DNA from: Torpedo marmorata
Lineage: Eukaryota
Assembly (NCBI GenBank): GCA_977017645.1
Contig: OZ360246.1
Location: forward strand, 27,590,001-27,654,000
Direction: 5' to 3'
DNA: 64,000 nucleotides
Within the stretch, counting starts at the first letter, position 1; every line of letters begins with the position of its first letter. Shown one piece after another: positions 48,681-59,045 of the stretch. Position numbers and translations under genes: made by a program. The notes under the pieces are model-generated. The model searched no databases and had not been told where the DNA came from. It saw only the letters and a program-made list of their open reading frames with translations.

Positions 48681-49597
48681 AGTTGCCTGATTGGGACAGC
48701 AAACGAGGAAAACCAACAATTATTGGCTATCACAGAAGAAGATCGAATGATCCTTTGGCTTGCAGCCAGAGGTTTAGATAAAGCTACAGCAACTTGCAAC
48801 CTTCTTTAGTAGAAAACAGAGATGTCTCATTCAACCTGCCTTGCAGATGTCCTTGTTAAATTCAGGTGTTATTTCTGCAGTTTGCAGCTAAGAAAGGTTT
48901 TTCCAAAGGCCTTGTCAATGGGGATATATTGGCTGTGCAGAGTCTAATTAATTTGAACATAAATAGTTGTGGAGTAAAATAGAAGACCTGCGACCTCTCG
49001 ACTCCTACACCATGTGCCAATGATTAGCATTGCTGTTGTAACTGACAAATGGATCATGCCCTCCGTCAAACCCAGTGTCAAGTTCAGTTCATAACTCCGC
49101 AGAGACGTCACTCAAATGGCACAAAATTGGGAAGAAAAGTCCAAGACCAAGATGACAGCAGAAACCCTGTCATGGCATGAGAACTCGTGTACTGGGTTTC
49201 CGTCACAGATACCAACAATTGGAGACAAAAGCTGCAGACTATCTGGAGAAAAAGATCATTTCGCTTCAGAGATTGTCCCTGAAGAGAACAGGCAGTGCTT
49301 GCTTCTAAAATATATCCTCTACTAACCGACCAAAATGTGGACACTTTGATGCAGATGGTAAAAATAGTTGCTTCAGTTTCAGTGACTCAATAGCAGGTGC
49401 TCATTCAATTCCTTGGTTCTGCCTTCACTTACCATCCCTGTGGAATCCAATACCAATCAGTGTCAACCTCAACAGATTCCTGATTCCAAGTGACAAGAAT
49501 CTCGTTTTGAAGATGAAATCCCATTAATTTACGGATCTTAAATATTGTACAATACAGACACACACCACTACGCAGCACTGGCATAATCAGCTCCCAC

Positions 49598-49603
49598 TTT
49601 ATT
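49598..49603 (-). terminator. Candidate ZBTB17 poly(A) signal
   Basis: AATAAA on the - strand ~770 nt downstream of the stop; not confirmed. Confidence 0.3.
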
Positions 49604-50367
49604 ACTTGTGGATAGCAGCTGCCTTACATAAATAAGTCCTGCTGAGTTTAGATCCCATCAATGAAGTGCCTTAGATGGGTCTTTCTGCCAATGAGCTCTC
49701 CAGCAGCTGACAATGAAGCTTGGTGCCCAATATGCGTTCTTCATTATAGACTGCACGATGGGCAAGACGATGACTTGTCCTTGACAGCTCCCCTGACTGA
49801 ACCAGCCAGTGACCAACAGCGCGGCACACGGGTGCTGCCTGACTGATGGTAACTAGCTCTCACTCATTGGAGGTATATTTCCTTAGTCACTCCTCAGTAT
49901 TAATACTCCAGTGGAGTGCGTAATGATGACTTCTAATTTAGACAGTTATAAGTTCAGTCCCATGAGATTCCGAAAGCTTGTTTCCACTCCACCCCTCCTC
50001 CAACCCAAATTGTGCTGGACGTAGTGCATTCAATGTGGAGAAATCAGATCAGACACCAATGTAATAGGCCAATCCCTGACAGTCTACAGCAGGCACCGTT
50101 AGTTTAAATCATCCCAACCATTTTATCATGGTCCTCAGCTGTGAAATGTTAGTGTCAGTTTTGACGTTACATTTAGTTTGATTGTAGAGCTCATATATAA
50201 TCTCTCTATTACGTGTTACGTTGTAGTCATGGAGTTGACCTTGCAGCTTCCTATACTTTAATGAGCAGGTTGCGTTTGAGTTGCAGCAGTCAGGATGGTT
50301 GATGGAGTAGAGCATTTCTGCTATGTGACACAACTTGCACGGTGTGTCTCATCCCTGCAACAACCCT

Positions 50368-50645
50368 CTACTGTGAGGGATTCTGGCAGCTCAACACTGG
50401 TGTCTGTTCGGCAGCCGTGGTCGGGAGATCCGTCCCGTCCCGTGTTCGGAAGAAGAGCTCTCCCGGTTGGATGACGTGTTCGGTTTGCCAGCTGCCATTG
50501 CTGTACTGCTGGTAAAAGTCCGTGTCAGCCTGGAACATGACCAGGGCCTGAGCTGTGTGAATGCGCACGTGCTGCGCCAGACTGTTGGCATCCAGGAACT
50601 TCTCCCCACAGGAATCACAGGCGTACAGGATGTGAGCATTTGGAT
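50368..50645 (-). CDS. ZBTB17: ZBTB17 (Miz-1) last coding exon, isolated zinc finger 13, stop TAG
   Basis: tacag|ATCCA; DPNAHILYACDSCGEKFLDANSLAQHVRIHTAQALVMFQADTDFYQQY... Confidence 0.96.
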
Positions 50646-50814
50646 CTGTAGAGAAAACAGCCAGCGAAGATGGCATTAACTAAAATATCCAATGCTGAAC
50701 TAAACAAGTCCAATGGCTGACAGTGACCCAATCTCACAGTGAAAATACATCATGATTTTTACTAAATTGGAAAGCTATAATATTGTTTCACAGAAACCTA
50801 GGAAGCCATCCCAA

Positions 50815-51010
50815 TGCAGCAAAGGATAGCTGCACTCTCAGAGGTGACACCCTATAGGCAAGTTAAATCAACACTGCCCTCTGAGGGAGATGTAAACAAT
50901 GCCATGAAGAAGAGGGGGTTATTCCAATGTCCTTCCCTCAATCAACATTTCTAAACCTTGTTTATGGGAATTTACTTGCTGTTGCACTTCCCACGTTACA
51001 ACACTTCATG
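50815..51010 (+). mobile_element. Degenerate DeuSINE (SacSINE1/AmnSINE1-like Deu domain)
   Basis: GCTGCACT..GAGGTG, GAAGAAGAG.GGG, CCCTCAA.CAACAT and TTACAACA blocks in Deu-domain order (consensus recalled from memory). Confidence 0.55.
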
Positions 51011-51022
51011 TGGGGAACAGTT

Positions 51023-51266
51023 AAGGTAAAGGTTCCATTATTGTCACGTAATACTACATTTAGAATGTAATATACATGAAATTCTTTAATTTTTGTCTAC
51101 CGCAAGGCAGACAGAGGGTCGCTACTTTGTCCAGCGCCCCTCACAGAAACCTACAGCACCTGGTGTTCCTTGGCGGTCTCCCCTCCAAGTACTGACCAGT
51201 CCTGTGCCTGCTTAGCTTCTGAGATCAGACAATCCCAGTCGTATTCAGGCTACTGGTGCTGTAGAG
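51023..51266 (-). mobile_element. 5S rRNA-derived SINE (SINE3) with (ACCTTT)n tail
   Basis: Minus strand: ~120-nt 5S-like head followed by TTTCTGTGAGGGGCGCTGGAC... body shared with 1982-2107. Confidence 0.88.
51147..51266 (-). pseudogene. Diverged 5S rRNA-derived head
   Basis: GTCTGATCTCAGAAGCTAAGCAGG (A box), AGTACTTGGAGGGGAGACCGCC (C box) and GGTGCTGTAGGTTT 3' end; 5' third strongly diverged from vertebrate 5S. Confidence 0.85.
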
Positions 51267-51447
51267 CTGCAGTTGGCATATAGTGGGGAATAGGTGCAGG
51301 TGGGAAAAGTGGGGTACAATGGAGGCACAGTAGGGAATAAGTCGAAGAGATATCAAATTGTGGTGTTTAGATTGCATTCTAGGTGTTGAGATGACTTCAA
51401 TACCGAAGCCCTAATAACAAAACACTTATCCCCTCCCCGTTGCTCAC

Positions 51448-51537
51448 CTGCCTCCTGAACCTGTTCCACTGCTTTTGTAATCTCTGCCTTCAGGACCTCC
51501 GTTTCATCTGTAGTTACAGCCGTTGCCACCGGGACCA
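51448..51537 (-). CDS. ZBTB17: ZBTB17 exon (linker between zinc fingers 12 and 13, Myc-interacting helical region)
   Basis: ttcag|TGGTC...GCAG|gtgagc; VVPVATAVTTDETEVLKAEITKAVEQVQEA; 90 bp. Confidence 0.95.
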
Positions 51538-51574
51538 CTGAAAGAAAACAGCAATCAAACCAATCTTCATGAAT

Positions 51575-51653
51575 ACAGAGACCAAACACCAATGGGAAAT
51601 CAGAACATTATCAGTGACAGGGATCAAACACCAATGGGAAGTCAGAAACATTA
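51575..51653. repeat. ~42-bp tandem repeat, interrupted by the Chapaev3-like element
   Basis: CAG(A/G)GA(C/T)CAAACACCAATGGGAA(A/G)TCAGAACATTA twice; the unit resumes as TTATCAGTAACATGGA at 53086. Confidence 0.75.
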
Positions 51654-52059
51654 CACTGGACAACGAAGATGTTGCTTCCTGAACACTTTTGGGTGTATTT
51701 TATGAATTTTGGGCTGATCACAAAAATCACCTTAAAATTTTCCTATCACGTACCATTTTTTTAAGATATAACCTATTTTTGTGATCTCCTGTCATATATT
51801 GTCTACTTCAAGCATACAAAACCATGAAGTGCAACATGTCATTGAAAATTCATTTTCTGCATTCGCACTTGGACTTCTTCCCTGCTGATCTTGGAGCAGT
51901 CAGTGCAGAAAGGTTTCACCAGGACATTGCGACCATGGAAAAGTGGTATCGGGGCAACTGGAATCCATCAATGCTGCCTGACTATTATTGGACACTGATA
52001 CAAGAGGCATCAGTTGCTGACTACAAACGAAAATCAGCAGCAAAACATTTTTAGGTCAG

Positions 52060-52878
52060 ATTTCAGATTTATTGTCAGAGTACATACATGGCATCACATA
52101 CAACCCTGAGATTCTTTTTTCTGCGGGCATGGCAGAATTACCACTAATTGGTAGTGCAAACAAACTGTACACAGCGTATACATGTAAACAAATAAAGAAC
52201 TGTAAACAGATAACGAATGTAAACAAAATGACTGTGCAATACAGAGAAAAAAAATCAATAAAGTGCACAAGTAAGAGTCCTTAAATGAGTCCCTGATTGA
52301 GTTTGTTGTTGAGCAGTCTGATGGTGGAGGGGTAGCAGCTGTTCCTGAACCTGGTGGTGCGAGTCTTGTGGCACCTATACCTCTTTCCTGATGGCAGCAG
52401 CGAGAACAGCATGTGTGCTGGGTGATGTGGATCCTTGATGATTGCTGCTGCTCTCCGACGGCAGCATTCCCTGTAGATCAGTGGTTTTCAAACTTTTCTT
52501 TCCACTCACATACCATAAGTAATCCCTATGTCATAGGTGCTCTGTGATTAGTAAGGGATTACTTAAAGTGGTATGTGAGTGGGGAAAAAAAGGTTGAGAA
52601 CCACTGCTCTAGACCCAATTGTTATTGAAATATTTTGCTTGAGAAACATTGTCATTGGCCCATTTCCTTTGGAGTTATGAAACCGTGCACATAATGAGTC
52701 AATTAGGTACGATTAAAACAAGCCTGGATGTCAATGTCTTAGAGTCTATGGCATAGGGATTACTTAAGGTGGTACGTGAGTGGAAAGAAAAAGTTTGAAA
52801 ACCACTGCTGTAGATGTTCTCGATAGTGGGGAGGGTTTTGTCTGTGATGTCCTGGGCTGTGTCCACTACCTTTTGGAG
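52060..52878 (-). mobile_element. Rex1-like LINE 3' fragment nested in Chapaev3
   Basis: LQKVVDTAQDIT..LPTIENIY RT C-terminal motif; tail AATAAA(TCTGAAA)n; GGTCAG repeated at both junctions. Confidence 0.78.
52479..52807 (+). mobile_element. Composite hAT/Charlie-like MITE nested in the Rex1-like LINE
   Basis: CAGTGGTTTTCAAAC...GTTTGAAAACCACTG with perfect 8-bp TSD CTGTAGAT (52471-52478, 52808-52815); internal TIR at 52592-52606. Confidence 0.88.
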
Positions 52879-53334
52879 GGTCAGTTGAACTAACACAATG
52901 TGTCAGCATCATTATGCGATTAAACATGCTAAATTCAATAAAAGTTAATCTAATGTTTCTCCAACTTTATATGTAATACTGTACAGCAAATCTGAAACTA
53001 TCTTTGTGTTCAGTTTGAAATTGTCTATCATAATCCCCAATTTTTTTCAGGATGCAAATCTTTTGAAAACATTTGTTGTCCAGTGTTATCAGTAACATGG
53101 ACAAATATTGCAACACCCATTCACCTCGGGAACATCTTTTGGCTGGTGACATTTGTGTCCACATGAGTAAATCATGATGACCTTGATTTGATCAAATTTC
53201 ACATTGCAAACTCTTGACTTATTGGCCATTTTATTTATTTCAAAATTATATTATTTCAAAATGTACTTTATTCATAAAGGTTTCTAAAATATATAAATAC
53301 AGAATGTTCAAGTCAACATCCCAATAACAATAAT

Positions 53335-54277
53335 GATAATGTGGGAAATTGAATCAGCAAGTTTGCTGATGACACTACGATTGGAGGCGTTGTGGACGGC
53401 GAGGAAGGTTTTCAAAGCTTGCAGAGGGATCTGGACCAGCTGGAAAAATGGGCCAGAAATGGCAGATGGAATTTAATGCAGACAAGTGTGAGGTGTTGTA
53501 TTTTGGAAAGACAAACCAAGGTAGGACATATACAGTAAATGGTAGGGCACTGAGGAGTGCAGAGGAACAAAGGGATCTGGGAATACAGATACATAATTCC
53601 CTGAAAGTGGCGTCACAGGTAGACAGGGTTGTAAAGAAAGCTTTTGGCATCTTGGCCTTCATAAATCAAAGTATTGAGTATACGAGTTAGGATGTTATGG
53701 TGAGGTTGTATAAGACATTGGTGAGGCCAAATTTGGAGTATTGTGTGCAGTTCTGGTCGCCAAACTACAGGAAGGATATCAGTAAGATCGAAAGAGTGCA
53801 GAGAAGATTTACTAGGATGTTGCCGGGGCTTCAGGAGTTGAGTTACAGGGAAAGATTAAACAGGTTGGGACTTTATTCCTTAGAGCGTAGAAGAATGAGG
53901 GGAGATTTGATAGAGGTTTACAAAATTATGAGGGGAATAGACAGAGTAAATGCGAGTAAGCTCTTTCCACTTAGATTAGGAGAGATAAATACAAGAGGAC
54001 ATGGCTTTAGGGTGAAAGGTTTAGGGGGAACATTAGGGGGAACTCCTTCACTCAGAGTGTGGTGGGAGTGTGGAACGAGCTGCCGTCTGACGTGGTAAAT
54101 GCGGGCTCACTCTTAAATTTTAAGAATAAATTGGATAGATACATGGATGGGAGAGGTCTGGAGGGTTATGGAATGGGTGCAGGTCAGTGGGACTAGCGGA
54201 ATGACGTTTCAGCACAGACTAGAAGGGCCGAATGACCTGTTTTCTGCGCTGTAGTTTTCTATGGTTCGATGGTTCTA
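53335..54277 (+). mobile_element. 5'-truncated CR1 LINE (RT C-terminal half)
   Basis: ISKFADDTTIGG, KWQMEFNADKCEVL, LYKTLVRPNLEYCVQFWSP, RRRMRGDLIEVYKI; (ATGGTTCT)-type tail. Confidence 0.93.
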
Positions 54278-54468
54278 AGTGTCGATATTCCACGATCTAC
54301 CTTAATGTATTATCAAATTTACAAACTTAAATAGTTCCTGCCTTCTAACAAGAGTTTTAACTAATTTGTCTGCAACAGCAGAAGCATCCAGAACTGTGGC
54401 CTTTCCCTGCAGACCCTTCACAGTAGGTGTTTTATAAATGGTAACTTTATTTACAATGCTCCAAACTG

Positions 54469-54682
54469 TAGTAAAACCCCTGGTATCTGGCACCTAGGGG
54501 ATTGGTAGATGCCAGTAAAGTGAATTTTCCGGTTGCTTCAGATTGCGTGTTGCATGATTGGCAACTAACGGCGAGGTGCGCCAATTTTAAACTTCCGTAT
54601 TTTTTACCTATTTTCTGCAATTTTTTTGCCGGTTGCTTGAGGCTTTTGGTTGCTTGAATTCTGTATAACAGGGGTTTTACTG
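54469..54682. mobile_element. Tigger/pogo-like MITE
   Basis: TIRs AGTAAAACCCCTG...CAGGGGTTTTACTG followed by TA. Confidence 0.7.
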
Positions 54683-54852
54683 TATTTTACTGGCAAGGTT
54701 AGATTTTTTTTTAAAAGCTGCATGCCCTATCGTACCAGATGCCTGACTGGTTGAAGTCACTTTCTGAAACTTATTTCTCTGCTCTCAATGTTTCAACATA
54801 TCTATCGACAGAACCAACGATACTATATAGTCACAGTAATGGCAACGCTCAC

Positions 54853-55077
54853 CTGTCAGCTGGGTCACGGCTGTAGCGGCCAGAGCCTCAGTTGCCAAGG
54901 TAACCATTGTATCCGTTGTGACAGTGACAACATTCCTGTCTTCATCTTCATCTTCGTCTTTGCTTTTGAGTTTTTTCAGTCCCGTCTTTCCCTGATGCAC
55001 GGTTTTAACATGCGAACGGAGGTTGTCAACCCGATTGAAGCCTCGTCCACACGTGTCACAGAGATAGGGCTTTTCAC
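54853..55077 (-). CDS. ZBTB17: ZBTB17 exon, zinc finger 12 and linker
   Basis: tgcag|GTGAA...ACAG|gtgagc; GEKPYLCDTCGRGFNRVDNLRSHVKTVHQGK...MVTLATEALAATAVTQLT; 225 bp. Confidence 0.96.
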
Positions 55078-55439
55078 CTGCACGGGAAGTGGATGGTTAC
55101 AGGTATCAGCACTGAACCATCTCCTGCACACAGCCTACCTGCACTGGTTATTCTTCATTGAAATGGGCCCCAAATTATAAGCAACACTCATTGATCAGAT
55201 CGCAGATTATTCCGCCATACTCATACTCTCTCAAGACATAAGGAGGCTCCATGTTATATGGAACAGACTTTAACCAGCCATTTTCCATTTGAAACAGTAG
55301 ACAACAGAATTTTTTAAATGCCTCGAATGCTACCTGACATCTTTAACTAGATACCAGAGTATTTGCATGTAGAAGTATTTCCTTCACTCCTAAAAGCTTA
55401 TACCTCACCACGTCTTAGCTTCTTTAACCAATTAAAACA

Positions 55440-56600
55440 TTCTCTCTATGTCTTCTCCAATTATAAAATCAATCAAATCATCACTTGACTTTCAAATTTC
55501 AAGGAATAAACCTGCTATTAAAGTCAACCCTTGGATTCATTCAAGTCAATCTCCCCTTTTCTCTCTCTCGAAGCTTCATAAATACTTCCCAACATGTATG
55601 CACAAGTTAAGTTATTCCAGGTGTAGTCTAATGAGGGCTTCATATAGCTATAGTGTAACTCCTAGTCCCCTGTACTCAAATACTCTAGATATGAAGACTA
55701 GCATTTCTTCCCTGTACCCATCTTTACCATTTTACAATCTATGTACATGTCCCTTTGGACGTCCACCATATTTAACTTTCTCTGTCTGATTTGTCTGAAA
55801 TAGATGCCCTCATATTTGCCAAGATCAAAATCCATTTGCCACACGCACATGAGAAATAGAAATGTGGGATATTTGCCTTCCTTGAATCTTCCTCATCAGA
55901 TGGTTGATCTTTTATCTCAGCATCACTTTTCCACATCCCTTAATTGCCCAAATATCCAAACTCCAACTATCTCTACCTCAGTGAACGAGCCTCCACATCC
56001 CTCTTGGGTAGATTCACTCTCCTCTGGTGTGAAGAATGTCTTTTCATCTCTGTCCTGAATGGTCAACACATTATTTTGAGTCCCCTGTTTCAAGACACCC
56101 CAGCCAGGGGAACATTGTCCTTGCACTCATCATTCTAAGCCCCAGTATTGGGCTAGTTTGCTTAATCTCTCCTCAGACAAGTTCCCCAAAGCCAGGAAGC
56201 AATTTGGTGAAACTTTGCTGCACTTTCTCTCTTCCAAGTATATCCTTCCATCTGTAGGGACACCAGAGTTGTACAAGTGAGTCTCACAAGAACCCAATAT
56301 AGTTTCAGTATGATGCCTTTGCCCTTGCATTCAGATCCAAAGTTTAAAAGGGCAAAACACCTTTTACCTTCCTGTTTTTTGCTGTACCTACACATTTGCT
56401 TTCAGTAATTAACGTGCAAGAACATTCTGGTCCCTCTGATAACAGCACTTTTCAGTCTTTAACACTAAAGTCTTTCTCTTTTCCTCACCAACATTTCCCT
56501 ACACCCATCTTCTGGGTATGGCTTTCTGCCACATCATCCAAATTATTTATTACACACTGTAAAGTTGTGGATCCACTTTGCTGGACCCCACTGTCAATTT
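55440..56600 (-). mobile_element. Very degenerate CR1 fragments
   Basis: Scattered CR1 RT-like blocks on the - strand (e.g. LKLYWVLVR); boundaries approximate. Confidence 0.45.
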
Positions 56601-56696
56601 GACCACCTCGCTGTTATTCCTCCTCGGTGTCTCCTGCTGTTCAGCTACTTACCTAATCAGCTCAATAGTTTGCCTTTAAATAAGAGAGTCTCTCTC

Positions 56697-57700
56697 GGCC
56701 CTTTTATAGTGGAAAAAAAAGCAATTGTAAAGACAGATATTCTCTGTCTTTAAAATGCTTCACTTACCTCCATAAAAGGTCCGAAGGAGGATTGATTGGT
56801 CGAACTCGCTCCATCTTCCATCCGCCTAGGGGGGTTGACTCAGAGGTGGAGTGAAGTCGCTCCACCTCCTGTGTAAAAGGATTGCCGCTGAAAGCGGCTC
56901 CAAACAGGAAGGTAAGATGATTGACGTCGCGCTGACAGCCCTGTCGGCCCGCTGCGCTGTCACAGAGCGGCCGGTGGAGCTGTCAGGCTGCGCCCGCTCA
57001 CTCCACCACGCTCCTCACGCCACCCGCTCCCTCACGCCGCTCCCCCACCCCGCCCCTCCCCTCTCCCTCACACCGCTCCCCCGCCCCGCCCCTCCCCTCT
57101 CCCTCACACCGCTCCCCGCCCCGCTCCCTCACGCCGCCCCCCGCCCCGCTCCCTCATGCCGCCCGCTCCCTCACGCCGCCCCTTGGACCGAATGGCCGGG
57201 ACTCTGCAAGCTCCTGGCGGCGGCACCGCTTCATTCAACGCTGGGTGTACGGGGCTTGCAAATTCCATGAACTGCGCAGCGGGGCTGTCAGGATGGAGTG
57301 GGATCGGTGTGGGGCTGATAGGGGGGAGATGGGGCAAGAGGAAGGGGGAATGGAGAGAGGGAGGGGGTGGGTGGGGAGGGAGAGGAATGGAGGAGGAAGG
57401 GAGCGGGGCGGGGGACTGTCAGGCAGTGGGGCTCAGGCAGCGGGATGGGGGGCTGTCAGGCAGCAGGGTGGTGGGGCTCAGGCAGCGGGGCTCAGGCAGC
57501 AGGGTGGCGGGGCTGTCGCAGGCCAGCCACTACTATGCTGCACATCCCGTCCCCTTTTGCCCTGGGAAGCCGGCGCGCTGCTCTGGGCTACATAAAAGGA
57601 CTGCGCTATCCGCCTTTTCCGTCCTCTGCATAAAAGGTAAATTCGCCTTTTTTTTAAAAAACGAGCAAGCGATAATGCGGCTTTTGTGCATAAAAACCCC
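56697..57700. repeat. GC/CpG-rich insertion with internal minisatellites; possible non-autonomous DNA transposon
   Basis: (CCCCGCCCCTCCCCTCTCCCTCACACCGCT)-type and (GGGGCTCAGGCAGC)-type repeats; recurring RTAAAAGG/CCTTTT motifs near both ends. Confidence 0.55.
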
Positions 57701-58764
57701 TTCTCACTGCTCCCCATCTGCATTCCCCGCTAACTACCCTCAATAATTTGCCTTCAACTGTTAGAGGTCCTTATCAGATGTATTTTGGACATGCGTAAAG
57801 ATATTTTAATCACCTTGTCAAAAGATTTAATGAGGTTCTTCAAGCATTACCTACCCATTACAAATCCAGGCTGCCTCTTTCTCATTAACAGAACATTTTC
57901 AAACACTCTATCCTTAATTACAGAGTGGTGATATTTCCCAATTGCCAATTACAGATTAACAAATCCATAATTCCCTCTTTTCCGTTTCACACCTTCCTTA
58001 AATAACAGAGTAACATGCATGATTTTCTATGATAAAGGAATGCTTCTCAAAACGAGAAACTTTAGAGGATTATAGATACGGCATTGATAATGTCTTCACC
58101 CAATTCCTCAAAACTCTGGGATGGACAAGTTCATGAATTTTTCCTGACAGTTGTTAGGTTCGTGTTATGTTTGATATCCCAATCCCTGATTCAATACTAG
58201 TTTCCTTTGGATATCCAGGAATTTTGATCAGCATTACAAGTTTTTAAGTGTTCATTTTGCTATCCATTACAAGTTTCTGTCTTTGATACCCCTTGGAAAT
58301 TATAAACTTTAGCAAACCTCAGATTATACCAGGTACTCTTTAACCAGGGTGCAGATTATACTGTTTGCACAATCAACTGGCTCCACATCGTGGATGACTG
58401 GATCCAGAAGCCCAGTTCTGTGATTATAAACTAGGTGTCAGGTGACATCTGGTCTTGGATCCAGAACAATAAAAAAAAAATTTTTTTAATTGTGGCACGC
58501 AAAATCCAGTTGAACCTTTTATTTGAAGTTGTACTTCTACCATGTTTCTTTCAGCTCCAGAGACAAGACAATCAGCCTTGGATCCACGTAGAGTGTGACA
58601 AACGCACGACTTATGCCATGGAACTGCAATGGAGTTCTGAATTGACTAGTTGCTTCTGGTATCTGTCATTTCAAATTCCTGAGATTTGAGCAATAATAGT
58701 CTCTGTTACTAATTTGTTGATGCCTCAAAACAGCAACAAAATGCAGGCCTGGATCATTCCAATG

Positions 58765-59045
58765 CTGTAAAACCACAATGCTGGAGAAACTCAGCAGGTC
58801 AAACAATGTACTTTATGTAGCAAAGATAAAGATACATCACCAACGTTTCAGGCTTGAGCCCTTCATCAAGGTATGAGTAAAATGTAGGCAGGTGCCCGGC
58901 CTTGAAGAAGGGCTCAAGCCCAAAACGTTGGTTCTGTGCTGTATTTTTATCTTTGCTATATAAAGTACATTGTTTGACCTGCTGAGTTTCTCCAGCATTG
59001 TGTTTTTACTTCAAGCACAGTGTTTGCAGACTTTCATGTTTTACT
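58765..59045. mobile_element. Penelope pLTR inverted pair (~100-bp arms, ~28-bp spacer)
   Basis: 58769-58871 is the near-perfect reverse complement of 58900-59007. Confidence 0.85.

Larger units (their letters stand above)
51654..53085 (+). mobile_element. Chapaev3-like element with nested insertions
   Basis: TTA|CACTGGACAAC...GTTGTCCAGTG|TTA (perfect 3-bp TSD); ORF 51824..52054 MSLKIHFLHSHLDFFP...; collinear with 45598-46213 apart from inserts. Confidence 0.85.

Noticed and set aside
51147-51266. Functional 5S rRNA gene
   Set aside because: It is a single copy, diverged in its 5' third, and runs directly into a SINE body rather than a 5S array spacer.
56851-57746. Cluster of 77-196-aa ORFs
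   Set aside because: These arise from GC-rich simple repeats lacking stop codons and give Pro/Gly low-complexity translations.
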